Assembly (NCBI GenBank): GCA_032161105.1
Contig: JAVHTD010000016.1
Length of the DNA stretch: 64,000 bases
DNA from: Candidatus Thermosaccharophagus tengchongensis
GTDB taxonomy: Bacteria; Armatimonadota; Fervidibacteria; Fervidibacterales; Thermosaccharophagaceae
Reading direction: 5' to 3' (one strand)
Position numbers and translations under genes: made by a program. The first letter of the stretch is position 1. Each line of letters starts with the position of its first letter. This document shows, in pieces, positions 37,433 through 47,425 of the stretch. The notes under the pieces were generated by a model. The model saw only the letters and a program-made list of their open reading frames with translations. It was not told the DNA's origin and made no database searches.

Positions 37433-38257
37433 ATGGCAATGAGCATCGGCATCAACCTTGAGTTTGTCAGGCATGCTGATAAGCCATTTGAATACGGCAT
37501 CCGCAAGGCAGCCGAGCTCGGTTACGAGTATGTTGAACCATGCGTTGCCACCGGTAGGGACTTGCTCGCCGAAGCCGGATACTATCACATGCTCTCCATG
37601 GAGGAAGACCCACTTTACTACAAGGCAATGCTTGATGAACTCGGACTTAAGTGCTCAGGGCTGTCAGCGCACTCACCGCTCATGAAACCAGAAGTTGCAG
37701 TGCCATACCTGACGCAGGCGATAAGATGGGCTGCTGACATCGGAGCGCCGGTCGTTAACACTGATGAAGGACCTAAACCGGCGTGGATTGAAGATGACGA
37801 GGAGGCATTCGCAATAATGCGCTATACGCTCAAGCGTGTTCTCCCGGTCGCTGAAAGACACGGCATCTATATTGCCCTTGAGCCGCATCAAATCTACACG
37901 ACAAGGCTTGACACATTCCTCAGACTTCTTGAGCTTGTCCCATCGCCAATGCTTAAGGTCAACTTTGATACCGGAAACTGCTACCTTGCCGGCAATGACC
38001 CTGTTGAGTTTCTCAAAGCGGTTGCCGATAAGGTCGTTCATGTGCACGCAAAGGACATAAGCATTGAGCAAAGCGTTGATGAACGCGGAAAAGTCACGGG
38101 CACCCCGGTTGGATGTGCTTGCGGCGATGGCGTGATTGATTGGCAGGCGGTGATCAAGGTGCTTAAGGATGCCGGATATGAAGGCGTCCTATCGGTTGAA
38201 TGTGGCACTGAGGAGCAAGCCGCAAAGAGCATCGCATATCTTAAGTCGCTCATTTGA
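37433..38257 (+). CDS. Sugar phosphate isomerase/epimerase (xylose isomerase-like TIM barrel, AP_endonuc_2)
   Basis: AAELGYEYVE, IALEPH, NFDTGN, HVHAKD, GDG.IDW, GYEG.LSVE; ATG after GGAGGTGA. Confidence 0.9.
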   Translation: MAMSIGINLEFVRHADKPFEYGIRKAAELGYEYVEPCVATGRDLLAEAGYYHMLSMEEDPLYYKAMLDELGLKCSGLSAHSPLMKPEVAVPYLTQAIRWAADIGAPVVNTDEGPKPAWIEDDEEAFAIMRYTLKRVLPVAERHGIYIALEPHQIYTTRLDTFLRLLELVPSPMLKVNFDTGNCYLAGNDPVEFLKAVADKVVHVHAKDISIEQSVDERGKVTGTPVGCACGDGVIDWQAVIKVLKDAGYEGVLSVECGTEEQAAKSIAYLKSLI

Positions 38258-38441
38258 GGGAGGGTTGAGTGAATTCAACCGCAAGTGAGATAGCTTTCCA
38301 CCTTGCAATCAATTCCGATGGCGAAGTGATGCAACAGTTGAAGCAAACCGTAGCTTGCCCAATTTCTTCCGCGGTTAAAAGCGCTTATACCAGCATAGGG
38401 AATGCAACGAGCAGCGGCATTAGCTGCAAGGGGTGAATTTG

Positions 38442-39329
38442 ATGCGCAATGCGGTGTGCGCTCTCTTGGTCAGCTGCATTGCAGTTGCTATTTTGACTGC
38501 TCATGGTGAGCATGGGAAGTTCAAGCTCATCCACAGGGATGGAGAGATGATCACCGTGTTGTTTGATGGGAAGCAATTGCTGGAGTATTGCTACAGCCAT
38601 TCAAATCCAAAGCCATATGTTCACCCAATATGGAACGCAAATGGAGCTGTCATAACCCTTGACTCACCTCCAGATCACAAACATCACAGGGGCTTGTTCA
38701 TTGGTTGGTCAAATGTCAATGGCATCGACTTCTGGGGTGAGTCAAGTGGGAAAATGATCCATCAGAAGTTTGAGCAATTGGGCATCGCAAATGAGGCTGT
38801 AATTACCGCCGTAATTCAATGGGTCGCAGCAGCGACGGATAAAGTCCTGTTGGTTGAGCGAAGAACACTTAGAGTGCTCCCGCCAAGTGAGGATACGACG
38901 ATGTTCGTTTGGGAGAGCGAGCTTAGGGCTAATGAAGAGTTGGTTTTGTCTGGCGCTCAATACAACGGCTTGGGCATACGCTTTGTGAGAAGCATGGATG
39001 GCGGGAGCATCCTCAACTCAAACGGCACAACGGAGATAAAGAGCGCAAACGGTGAGAGGGCGCACTGGTGCGCCTATTTCGGCGATGCCAATGGCTCATT
39101 GTGCACCGTTGCGATATTCAACCATCCAACCAACCCAAGACACCCAACACCGTTTTTCGTTATGAACCAGCCTTTCGGCTTCCTGAGCGCCGCGCCGACA
39201 TTCCACGAACCAATCAAGCTCAAACCGAATGACGCCGTGAGGCTATGCTACCTGATCATCACATGCCTTGGGAAAGTGGATGGCGAAAGGCTGAATGAGA
39301 TTTATCGGCAATGGATTGCGCTGCGATAA
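38442..39329 (+). CDS. Secreted PmoA-family/DUF6807 protein
   Basis: Signal peptide; KPYVHPI, DSPPDHKHHRGLF.GW..VNG.DFW, YNGLGIRF, AHWCAY.G, IFNHPTNPRHP. Confidence 0.8.
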   Translation: MRNAVCALLVSCIAVAILTAHGEHGKFKLIHRDGEMITVLFDGKQLLEYCYSHSNPKPYVHPIWNANGAVITLDSPPDHKHHRGLFIGWSNVNGIDFWGESSGKMIHQKFEQLGIANEAVITAVIQWVAAATDKVLLVERRTLRVLPPSEDTTMFVWESELRANEELVLSGAQYNGLGIRFVRSMDGGSILNSNGTTEIKSANGERAHWCAYFGDANGSLCTVAIFNHPTNPRHPTPFFVMNQPFGFLSAAPTFHEPIKLKPNDAVRLCYLIITCLGKVDGERLNEIYRQWIALR

Positions 39330-39373
39330 ATGGCAGTGTGCAAATTGTAAATGATGGACAGGCAACATTTCTT

Positions 39374-39439
39374 GGTAGGGTGAGGCTCCTGCCGAGCCCA
39401 AACTCACATTTATAGGCTCACCGGGAGGTTCGCCCTCCC
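39374..39439. repeat. REP-like imperfect inverted repeat (25-bp arms, 16-nt spacer)
   Basis: GGTAGGGTGAGGCTCCTGCCGAGCC ... GGCTCACCGGGAGGTTCGCCCTCCC; arms are 18/25 complementary; intergenic between co-oriented genes. Confidence 0.7.
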
Positions 39440-39518
39440 TGTGGCATCACTTACAATGTGCATACCACCAGATAAATTGCGGAGCGATTGGCTAAACCCG
39501 TCCTCGGTGGTGAACGAA

Positions 39519-40793
39519 ATGAGTCAGAAGGGAAACGAGCGAGCGGTTGACAGGCGCAAGTTTGTGCGCATGATTGCTGCATCAACCTTTGGCGCAACCA
39601 TGTGGCGCAGGAGCAGAGCTTATACCCTTGCTAACGCCACGCAAGTTGTGGGCGCGAATGAGCGAATCGGAATTGGGTTGATCGGATGCGGCGGCAGAGG
39701 AACACACCTTGCACGCGTCGTTAGAGGGCTCGCAGAGAAGGGCGAGAATGTTCAAATAGTTGCCGTGTGCGACATCTACAGACCGAGGCTTGAGCGTGCC
39801 TCAAAGGAATTCAATGCGAAGGCATACATGGACCCAAGGGAGCTTGTCACTGATAAAGATGTTGATGCAGTCATTGTCGCCACACCTGACAGACTGCATG
39901 TCTTCAACTCGCTTGAAGCCGTCAAAGCTGGCAAGGATGTGTATTGCGAAAAGCCATTGACGCACTGGCAGCAATTTGAACTCCTGAAACAGCTCGTGAG
40001 GGAGGTCAAGGCGAGAGAGAGGGTCTTCCAAGTTGGCACGCAGGGGCTTTCCGATAGCATTTGGCATCAGGCTGCCGAGCTTATCAAGCAAGGCGCAATC
40101 GGAAAGCCGCTGCATGCACAGTGTGGCTACTTCAGGCACGGCGATTGGGGAGAGAGGGGGATGCCGATTGACGACCCGAATGCAAAGCCCGGTCCGGACT
40201 TGAACTGGGATGCATTCCTTGCAGATGCCCCAAGGAGACCGTTTGATGTCTCGCGCTTTTTCAGGTGGCGAATGTATATGGACTATGCCGGTGGACCTTG
40301 CACCGACCTTTATCCGCACTGCTTGACGCCGGTGATAAAGGCGCTCGGGGTTACATTCCCGAAATCCGTAGCAGCCATCGGCGGCAAATACCGATATGAC
40401 GGCGAGAGGGAAGTCCCCGACACATTTGACATGCTCATTCAGTATCCAGAGGGCATAACAGTTATCGTCCTCGGGACGATAGCGAATGAGTGGGGTATAC
40501 CGACGCTAATCCGCGGTGAAGATGCGACGATGCTCTTTGAGGGTCCGGGCATCGTCATTCAACCGCAGAGCGGGGTGAAGAAAGAGAGGCTCGAAATAAA
40601 GCGTGAGAGGGATGGCTCAGATGCGGAGCACATGCGCAATTTCATTGAATGCATTCGCACAAGACAAAAGCCATACAGCGACATTGACCTCGGATATCAT
40701 GTCCAAACGGCTCTCATAATGGGGATGCTCTCATTCATCCACAGCAAGGTGGCACACTTTGACGCTCAGACGGAAACGATAAAACTCGCATAG
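39519..40793 (+). CDS. Tat-exported Gfo/Idh/MocA-family NAD-dependent oxidoreductase
   Basis: DRRKFV signal; GANERIGIGLIGCGGRG; DAVIVATPD; KDVYCEKP; FQVGTQ; RFFRWR.Y.DYAGG..TDL..H; H.RNF..CIR.R. ATG at 39519. Confidence 0.92.
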   Translation: MSQKGNERAVDRRKFVRMIAASTFGATMWRRSRAYTLANATQVVGANERIGIGLIGCGGRGTHLARVVRGLAEKGENVQIVAVCDIYRPRLERASKEFNAKAYMDPRELVTDKDVDAVIVATPDRLHVFNSLEAVKAGKDVYCEKPLTHWQQFELLKQLVREVKARERVFQVGTQGLSDSIWHQAAELIKQGAIGKPLHAQCGYFRHGDWGERGMPIDDPNAKPGPDLNWDAFLADAPRRPFDVSRFFRWRMYMDYAGGPCTDLYPHCLTPVIKALGVTFPKSVAAIGGKYRYDGEREVPDTFDMLIQYPEGITVIVLGTIANEWGIPTLIRGEDATMLFEGPGIVIQPQSGVKKERLEIKRERDGSDAEHMRNFIECIRTRQKPYSDIDLGYHVQTALIMGMLSFIHSKVAHFDAQTETIKLA

Positions 40794-40823
40794 ATCAATT
40801 CATTGCCAACGGTGGTGAATGCG

Positions 40824-41015
40824 ATGCCCGTGATAAGGGTGGACGGTCCAAAGATTGACACCGAAAAGAAGAGGGAGCTTGCAAGGAGGCTCACGGAGGT
40901 TGCAGCCGAAATTTACAACATGGATAAGGAGCACATCATCGTCCTCATCCGTGAGAATGCCCCAGAGAATGTGAGCGTCGGCGGCATGCTGATAGCCGAT
41001 AGGCGCAGGGAATGA
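40824..41015 (+). CDS. 4-oxalocrotonate tautomerase (DmpI-like) family protein
   Basis: Met-Pro start (catalytic Pro1): MPVIRVDGP....KKREL...LTE......I.VLI.E..PENV.VGG.L. Confidence 0.88.
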   Translation: MPVIRVDGPKIDTEKKRELARRLTEVAAEIYNMDKEHIIVLIRENAPENVSVGGMLIADRRRE

Positions 41016-41086
41016 TGCAACCCGACTTAGCTTTTGAATGCCGATCGGTGCTTGCTCTTTCTCGGAGATCGCGGTGGTGAGAATGA

Positions 41087-44000
41087 ATGACGCGGATAAG
41101 GGTGTGCCCCATTTTGCTCATTGCCATCCTTGCATGCGCTTCAGCATGCGTATGTCCTGCCAACGCCTTAGATAAAACCCTCATTGCGTGGTGGCGATTT
41201 GAAGACGAGGCGATGCCGGGGAAGGAGGAACTCGGAAAACACCACGCCTCTGCTGTAGGCAAAGTCAGCATATCAGATGGGCGCATCGGGAAAGCGCTGT
41301 GGCTTGATGGTAACGGCTTTCTTGAAGCTGAGCCATCTCCGGAGCTTGACTTGACTGACGCCATCACCATTGAGGCTTGGGTTCTTCCGAAGAGGTTTCA
41401 GCCCGGCGGGATGCGCATAGTTGACAAGACGACGGTGGGAACAAGCGAGGCTTACATGATTGACACCTACCCGGGGTTGTCACTGCGCTTTGTCAGCGAA
41501 CCATCACATGTGACTGCGAGGGACATTTTAAGCCTCGGTGAGTGGCAACATGTGGCGGCAACATTTGACGGCAGGCTCGGCATCATCAGGCTGTTCGTCA
41601 ACGGGAACATGGTTTGCGAGCAGTTCGCAGTGAGGGGCAAATTGACGATAAACAGGAACAGCCTGCGCATCGGTGCAGACAGCCTCGGTGGGAGTAGGTG
41701 GGTTGGAGCAATTGATGAGGTGCGAATTTATTCACGGGCGTTAACACCGCAAGAGATGGCGATGCGCTATCGCGGCGTTGAGGTGAAGCCGCACACTGAA
41801 ATTGGCGCAGTTGCTTTGCGCAAGCCGTCAATCTGCTTTCGCAATGGTAAGATGCACATCAACTTTGAGGGGCTCATCTCAAGGAACGACATCGTTTATC
41901 TCTCACCAGCCAAGTTTGAATTTGAGGCGATGCCGATAGGCAATGGGAGGCTTGGCGCTGTCATTTGGAACGAGGAATTGCTGTCACTCCAACTTGGGCA
42001 TACGGACTATTATGGCATTGAGTTCCCATCGCTGTGCCGTGTGCACATAACGAGCGAGCCATCACCGTGGGCTATGTCACCAAAGGAGTTTGAACAGCGC
42101 CTCTCGTTATACGATGGCGAGTTGAAGATGAACGCGAAGCTCAACGACGGCGCCATCTCAGCAGAAGCATTCGTCGCTGAGGGAATTGATGCAATCATGC
42201 TCCGAATTGATGATGCCCGCCGGGCAAAACGCGGCATCATCCTTGAGTTCTGGCGCAAGGATGCCAAGTGGGTGACCGGTGAGGGATACATTGGCGTATG
42301 CGAATCGGTGAGGCACGAACCTGACGAACACTTCAGCAGGAGCATGTGCGTCCTCATCTGCACATTTGATGCCATTGCAAAGCCGGAGAGATTGGATGAT
42401 GAGAGGATGGCACTGCGCATAATCGGCAATGATGCACTCAAGCTTACGATAGCCATCGTTGTCGGGATAGCCACAGGTGATTCCGATGCGGCATTGCGCG
42501 ATGCGCTTAAGGCGCTCAACGAGGTCAGAAAAGCCGGCTATGAGAGACTGCGTAGCGGTCATCGGCGCTACTGGCACTCATTATGGGAGCGCTCATTCGT
42601 ATACCTCACTGATGACGATGGCATCGCTGACTACCTTGAGAACCTTTGGTGGCTGCACATGTATTGGATGGCTGCGAGCTCGCGCGGTGAATTCCCGCCA
42701 AAGTTTAACGGCGGCATTTTCCTGCTCTCAAGGGACGAGCGCAGTTGGGGCGGCGCATACTGGCATCAAAATCAGCGCCAGCTTTCATGGAGCCTTTGGG
42801 CTGCCAATCACGCAGAGCTTGTTGAGCCGTTCTTCAGGCTATATGAGCGCATGTTGCCGGCTGCAATTCGCAATGCCAAAAAGTTCTTTGGCTGCTCAGG
42901 GGCATACTTCCCGGAGACGGTCTTCGCAGATGGCGACCCAAGGGGTTGGCGCAATCAATACACGAGCCACATTTTGACAGTCGGCTTGGAAGTCGCATTG
43001 CAGATGTGGTGGCGATACCGATACATTGGCGATGAGAAGTTCCTCAGAGAGCGCTTTTACCCGTTTGCAAAGGAGTGTGTGTCATTCTATCTTGACTACC
43101 TCAAAAGGGGTGACGATGGAAAGCTCCACATTGAACCGGTGCATGCTCAGGAAAGCTTCTGGCTCGTCAAAGACGCACATACTGATCTGGTTGCGCTAAG
43201 ATGGGTCTTGCCATTGCTTATTCAGCTCAGCAGGCGTTACGGCATTGACGGCGATTTGCGAAGCCGCTGGCATGAGACGCTGGAGCAACTTGCACCACTG
43301 CCGTTAAAGGACGATGGGACATTCGCACCAGCTGACATATCCCCAAACCCGCAAAGGCGCAACTGCGAGAATGTTGAACTATACGGCATCTTCCCATTCG
43401 GCATGTTCGGCAAGGGGGCGTCCGATGAAGGGCGAGCTATGCAGACATTCCTGAAACGCCCGATAAGAGGAATATGCTGCGGATGGAATCCAGCCCCAAT
43501 ACAGGCTGCAAGGTTATGGCTCGCTGATGAGGCTGAGGCTCTGCTGCTCCAACATGCCCGTGAGAACCAACTCCTCCCACAAGGCTTTTGGTATAGCCCC
43601 GGAGGACGCAAATATGGTGGGTTGCTTCCCGAGATGGGTTACTTTGATTCATCGGGCATGCTCGCTATGGCGATAAATGAAATGCTCCTTCAGAGCCACA
43701 CCGGCACAATATTCGTTGCGCCGGCTGTGCCAAAAAGCTGGAGCGCCAAATTCTCGCTAAGGGCATTTGATGGCTTCATTGTGTCATCGGAGATCCATAA
43801 CGGTGAAGTGCTGTATCTCATCGTCAGGAGTGAACTCGGCTCGGAATGCAGGCTTGCAAATCCATGGTGGAAAAGCGAGGTTGATGTCAAGCTCATTCAA
43901 AGAGAGCAAGCAAAGCCGATTGCCCGCCTGAAGGGTGATGCGCTCAAATTCCCAACTGAGCGCGACAAAGCATACATCCTCACACCAGTTGGACGAACGC

Positions 44001-44194
44001 TCTCTTCCTTTGCGTTTGAGCCGCTCTCGCCGCCGCAAAACAAGGCGCCAAAGTATCCGGGGTTCAAATCCATCCCGCCGCCTTGGGAGAGATTCGGTTA
44101 TCCATCTCAAGCGCACTTTCCGTGCCTTGGCATAGACCGAAACGGGAGATCACCGGCAAGGGATTTTGTCACGAAGCACACCGAAAGGAAATGA
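41087..44194 (+). CDS. Secreted LamG-domain + GH95-like glycoside hydrolase
   Basis: Signal peptide; LamG (ITIEAWV, WQHVAATFDG, GAIDEVRIYSRAL); AMPIGNGRLGA; H..YW..LW.RS; SSRG..P; EMLLQSH.G.I.V.PAVP..W...F.LRA..GF.VS. Confidence 0.8.
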   Translation: MTRIRVCPILLIAILACASACVCPANALDKTLIAWWRFEDEAMPGKEELGKHHASAVGKVSISDGRIGKALWLDGNGFLEAEPSPELDLTDAITIEAWVLPKRFQPGGMRIVDKTTVGTSEAYMIDTYPGLSLRFVSEPSHVTARDILSLGEWQHVAATFDGRLGIIRLFVNGNMVCEQFAVRGKLTINRNSLRIGADSLGGSRWVGAIDEVRIYSRALTPQEMAMRYRGVEVKPHTEIGAVALRKPSICFRNGKMHINFEGLISRNDIVYLSPAKFEFEAMPIGNGRLGAVIWNEELLSLQLGHTDYYGIEFPSLCRVHITSEPSPWAMSPKEFEQRLSLYDGELKMNAKLNDGAISAEAFVAEGIDAIMLRIDDARRAKRGIILEFWRKDAKWVTGEGYIGVCESVRHEPDEHFSRSMCVLICTFDAIAKPERLDDERMALRIIGNDALKLTIAIVVGIATGDSDAALRDALKALNEVRKAGYERLRSGHRRYWHSLWERSFVYLTDDDGIADYLENLWWLHMYWMAASSRGEFPPKFNGGIFLLSRDERSWGGAYWHQNQRQLSWSLWAANHAELVEPFFRLYERMLPAAIRNAKKFFGCSGAYFPETVFADGDPRGWRNQYTSHILTVGLEVALQMWWRYRYIGDEKFLRERFYPFAKECVSFYLDYLKRGDDGKLHIEPVHAQESFWLVKDAHTDLVALRWVLPLLIQLSRRYGIDGDLRSRWHETLEQLAPLPLKDDGTFAPADISPNPQRRNCENVELYGIFPFGMFGKGASDEGRAMQTFLKRPIRGICCGWNPAPIQAARLWLADEAEALLLQHARENQLLPQGFWYSPGGRKYGGLLPEMGYFDSSGMLAMAINEMLLQSHTGTIFVAPAVPKSWSAKFSLRAFDGFIVSSEIHNGEVLYLIVRSELGSECRLANPWWKSEVDVKLIQREQAKPIARLKGDALKFPTERDKAYILTPVGRTLSSFAFEPLSPPQNKAPKYPGFKSIPPPWERFGYPSQAHFPCLGIDRNGRSPARDFVTKHTERK

Positions 44195-44199
44195 AACAG

Positions 44200-45264
44200 T
44201 CAAGCCACTTGCCAACCCTGAGGCACATATATCCTCGTGAATTGGTCAATCGCGTATCTGTCCGTCATGCCAGCGATGTAATCGCACACCGCCCTTGCGA
44301 GCTCCTCCCGCGTTGATGGCACTTCGCCTCGGAGCATCGGGACTTCCTCCGGGTGGTTCATGTAGTAGTCAAACAGCACCTCAATCATGCGCTCCACCTT
44401 CTTGATCTCGGCTTTGACCACCCTCTCGTCAAAGTAAACCCTCTCGTATAGGAAATCCTTTAGCTCATCAAGCGCCTCCCTCACTTCATCGCTCATGCGT
44501 ATTTCGCCATCATCAAGCCCATTGGAGACGATGTCGCATACAATCCTCGTTATCCGTTCGGAATGCGTTTCGCCGAGGACCTCCCTGACGACCTTCGGGA
44601 CATCCTCCAACTTGAGTATGCCAGCCCGTATGGCATCATCAAGGTCGTGATTGACATATGCAATCCTGTCAGCGATGCGAATCACTTTACCCTCAAGCGT
44701 TGATGGCTCTTGTCCACCGTCATCGCCGGATTGAAGGTCAGCCATGCCCTTTGAGTGGTGCAATATGCCATCCCTCACCTCCCAAGTCAGATTGAGCCCC
44801 TCACCATCACCCTCAAGGACATCCACGACCCTCAAGCTCTGCTCCCAATGCCTGAAATGGGCATTCGGGTCATAGCTGTTGTAGACCCTGTCAAGCACTT
44901 CCTCACCCGCATGCCCGAATGGCGGATGACCCAAATCATGCCCGAGAGCTATAGCCTCGGCAAGGTCTTCATTCAGGCGCAGCGCGCGGCAGATGGTCCT
45001 GCCAATTTGAGCCACCTCAAGCGTGTGCGTCATCCTCGTCCGGTAATGGTCACCACGCGGCGCAATGAAGACCTGCGTCTTGTGCATGAGCCTTCTGAAG
45101 GCTTTGCTGTGTATGATCCTATCCCTGTCCCTTTGGAAGTCAGTTCGTATTGGGCACTTGGGCTCCGGGCGATTACGCCCACGACTCAATGCAGCCTTTG
45201 CCGCATACTTTGAAAGGTGTTCAAACTCCCATCGCTCCGTAACTTCCCTTGGGCACATCGCCAT
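44200..45264 (-). CDS. dgt: Deoxyguanosinetriphosphate triphosphohydrolase (dGTPase)
   Basis: RTDFQRDRDRIIHSKAFRRL.HKTQVF, RTRMTHTLEV, HDLGHPPFGHAGE, IAYVNHD, DYIAGMTD.YA. Start at ATG 45264 (ORF track 45306). Confidence 0.96.
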   Translation of the reverse strand: MAMCPREVTERWEFEHLSKYAAKAALSRGRNRPEPKCPIRTDFQRDRDRIIHSKAFRRLMHKTQVFIAPRGDHYRTRMTHTLEVAQIGRTICRALRLNEDLAEAIALGHDLGHPPFGHAGEEVLDRVYNSYDPNAHFRHWEQSLRVVDVLEGDGEGLNLTWEVRDGILHHSKGMADLQSGDDGGQEPSTLEGKVIRIADRIAYVNHDLDDAIRAGILKLEDVPKVVREVLGETHSERITRIVCDIVSNGLDDGEIRMSDEVREALDELKDFLYERVYFDERVVKAEIKKVERMIEVLFDYYMNHPEEVPMLRGEVPSTREELARAVCDYIAGMTDRYAIDQFTRIYVPQGWQVA

Positions 45265-45298
45265 GTCGGTCAACCTCGCATGCCCCCATTGCAGCACC

Positions 45299-47425
45299 TC
45301 ACACAACGAGTTTTGAAAAGTCAGCTATCTGGAGCAGCACGCCCTCAATCATTTGGAGCAGCGCAAGCCTGTTTTCCCTCAGCCTGATCTCGGGATGCAT
45401 GACAAGCACGCCGGTCCCGGGCGCGGTCCCAAAGAAGCCATCAATGGCTTGCCTTAGCTCCGCCAGCTTGAGGAAGGCTTCCTCGTATGCACCCTCATCC
45501 GAGCCACTAAGCCCCTCTGGCAAGCTCTGTCTCACCCTCACGAACTCCTCATAGAGCCTCTTCTCCGGCAGCTCAGCGAGTAGCCCCTCGTCAAACTCGG
45601 CATCCGTCCTATGCTGTGAGAGCATGTTGAGCACCCTCGTAAACGATGTTACAGCCTCGCTGAAGCCGCTGTAGCTCTTCCTGAGCCTCGTGAGCACCTT
45701 TGCCCTGACGAGCACATCGGGCACATCGTCAAATGAGGCAGCCAAGACGGCTTCACGGATGTCATGCTCAATCCCCTCATCGGCGAGGAGGGCGTCAATC
45801 CTGCCCTTGAAGAATTGCATAAGCGCCGCATGCGTCTCAGACCTGTCACGCTTTAACAAGCCATCGTCACCGAGGATGCGGAGAGCCCCGTCAATGAGCG
45901 CAGAGAGCGGCAAGTGATAACCTTGCGCAAGTATGCTAACGACTGCCATCGCAGCCCTGCGCAATCCCACTGGGTCAGCGCTCCCGGTCGGAATAATTTG
46001 GCGGTCAAAGCATGCGCAGAGCGTATCCATTCGGTCGGCTATGCCCAAAAGCGCTCCCAGAACGGTGGATGGCAGCTCATCACCGTAAAAGCGCGGCATA
46101 TAATGCTCCTTGATTGCGAGCGCCACCGCAGCGGGCTCACCACACCACAGTGCATAGTGGTAACCCATTATGCCCTGCAGCTCCGTGAACTCCTGAACCA
46201 TCTTGGTGACCAAATCAGCCTTGCACAGATGCCCAGCCCTGACGGCAAGCGAAGTCAACTCATCATCCAAGCACGCCATCTCACAATAGCGCTTCACGAG
46301 CCTCTTTAAGCGCATTGCCTTGTCATACATGCTCCCGAGGTCGCTTTGAAACAGCAATCCCTTGAGGTGCTCAACATAGCTTTCAAGCGGGCGTGCCATG
46401 TCCTCCTCAATGAAGAACTTGGCATCGGCGAAGCGTGCTGAGAGCACCCTCTCATAACCCTGCCTGACCATCTCCAGCCCCTCACTGCCGCCATCACGCA
46501 CCGCTATGAAGCGCGGCAGCAATCCCCCACTTTCATCGGTCACTGGGAAATAGCGCTGGTGGTGCATCATCACCGTCTTGAGCACATCTTCGGGCAGCTC
46601 AAGGAAGCACTCATCAAACGCCCCGATGACAGCTGTCGGGTGCTCAGTCATGAATGTGACCTCGCTAAGAAGCTCATCCGTGATGAAAGCCCTTGCGCCA
46701 ATCGATTTAGCCAGTCGCTCAACCTGCGCCCTTATCAGCTCCATGCGCTCGTTGTGCTTCACAATGACATGCGCCTTATGGAGCGCATCAAAGTAACCTT
46801 CAGCGCTGTGGATGATAACTGGGTGCTCGCACAACACCCTATGTCCCCTTGATATGCGGTCGCTTTGCAGCCCGGCAAGCTCAAACCTTATGACCTCATC
46901 TCCAAAGAGCGCCACCAGCCAGCGGATTGGGCGACCAAACTTGAAATTCAAACTCCCCCAACGCATCATCTTCGGGAACGAAAGCTTGGCAATGACGGCG
47001 GGCAAAAGCTCAGAGAGCACCTCAGAAGTTGCACCGCCACCAATGACCTTTTCGGCGACCACAAACGCGCCCCGCTCTGTCTCCTCAATCCTGAGTTCGG
47101 TGACCGTGATGCCGTGTGAGCGTGCAAAGCCAATCGCAGCCTTAGTTGGGTTGCCATTCCTGTCAAAGGCGATGTTGACGGCTGGTCCTCTAACCTTGAT
47201 GACCTTTTCCCCTTGCATCGGCGATACCGAGGGGCAATAGGCTACAAGGCGCCTCGGCGTGGCATAGCATTCCACCTTGGCGTGCTCAATCATAGCCTCA
47301 CTGAGGGCTTCTTCTAAGAGTGCTTGCAGCTGTTCAACCGCCGGGAGAAGGAAGCGGGCAGGCATTTCCTCAGTCCCGATTTCGCAAACGAATGCCCTTG
47401 GCTCAAACGAAGCCACCTTGCTCAA
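45299..47425 (-). CDS. glyS: Glycine--tRNA ligase beta subunit
   Basis: EIGTEEMPA, TPRRL, FPKMMRWG, F.RPIRW, HQRYFP, G.ERVL.ARF.DA.FF, KADL.T.MV.EF.ELQG.MG, PTGS.DP..LRR, R.NRLALL. Confidence 0.97.
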   Translation of the reverse strand: MSKVASFEPRAFVCEIGTEEMPARFLLPAVEQLQALLEEALSEAMIEHAKVECYATPRRLVAYCPSVSPMQGEKVIKVRGPAVNIAFDRNGNPTKAAIGFARSHGITVTELRIEETERGAFVVAEKVIGGGATSEVLSELLPAVIAKLSFPKMMRWGSLNFKFGRPIRWLVALFGDEVIRFELAGLQSDRISRGHRVLCEHPVIIHSAEGYFDALHKAHVIVKHNERMELIRAQVERLAKSIGARAFITDELLSEVTFMTEHPTAVIGAFDECFLELPEDVLKTVMMHHQRYFPVTDESGGLLPRFIAVRDGGSEGLEMVRQGYERVLSARFADAKFFIEEDMARPLESYVEHLKGLLFQSDLGSMYDKAMRLKRLVKRYCEMACLDDELTSLAVRAGHLCKADLVTKMVQEFTELQGIMGYHYALWCGEPAAVALAIKEHYMPRFYGDELPSTVLGALLGIADRMDTLCACFDRQIIPTGSADPVGLRRAAMAVVSILAQGYHLPLSALIDGALRILGDDGLLKRDRSETHAALMQFFKGRIDALLADEGIEHDIREAVLAASFDDVPDVLVRAKVLTRLRKSYSGFSEAVTSFTRVLNMLSQHRTDAEFDEGLLAELPEKRLYEEFVRVRQSLPEGLSGSDEGAYEEAFLKLAELRQAIDGFFGTAPGTGVLVMHPEIRLRENRLALLQMIEGVLLQIADFSKLVV

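Noticed and set aside
44057..44077. tRNA T-loop-like GGTTCAAATCC
   Set aside because: Inside the GH95-like CDS; no proper T stem, acceptor stem or cloverleaf.
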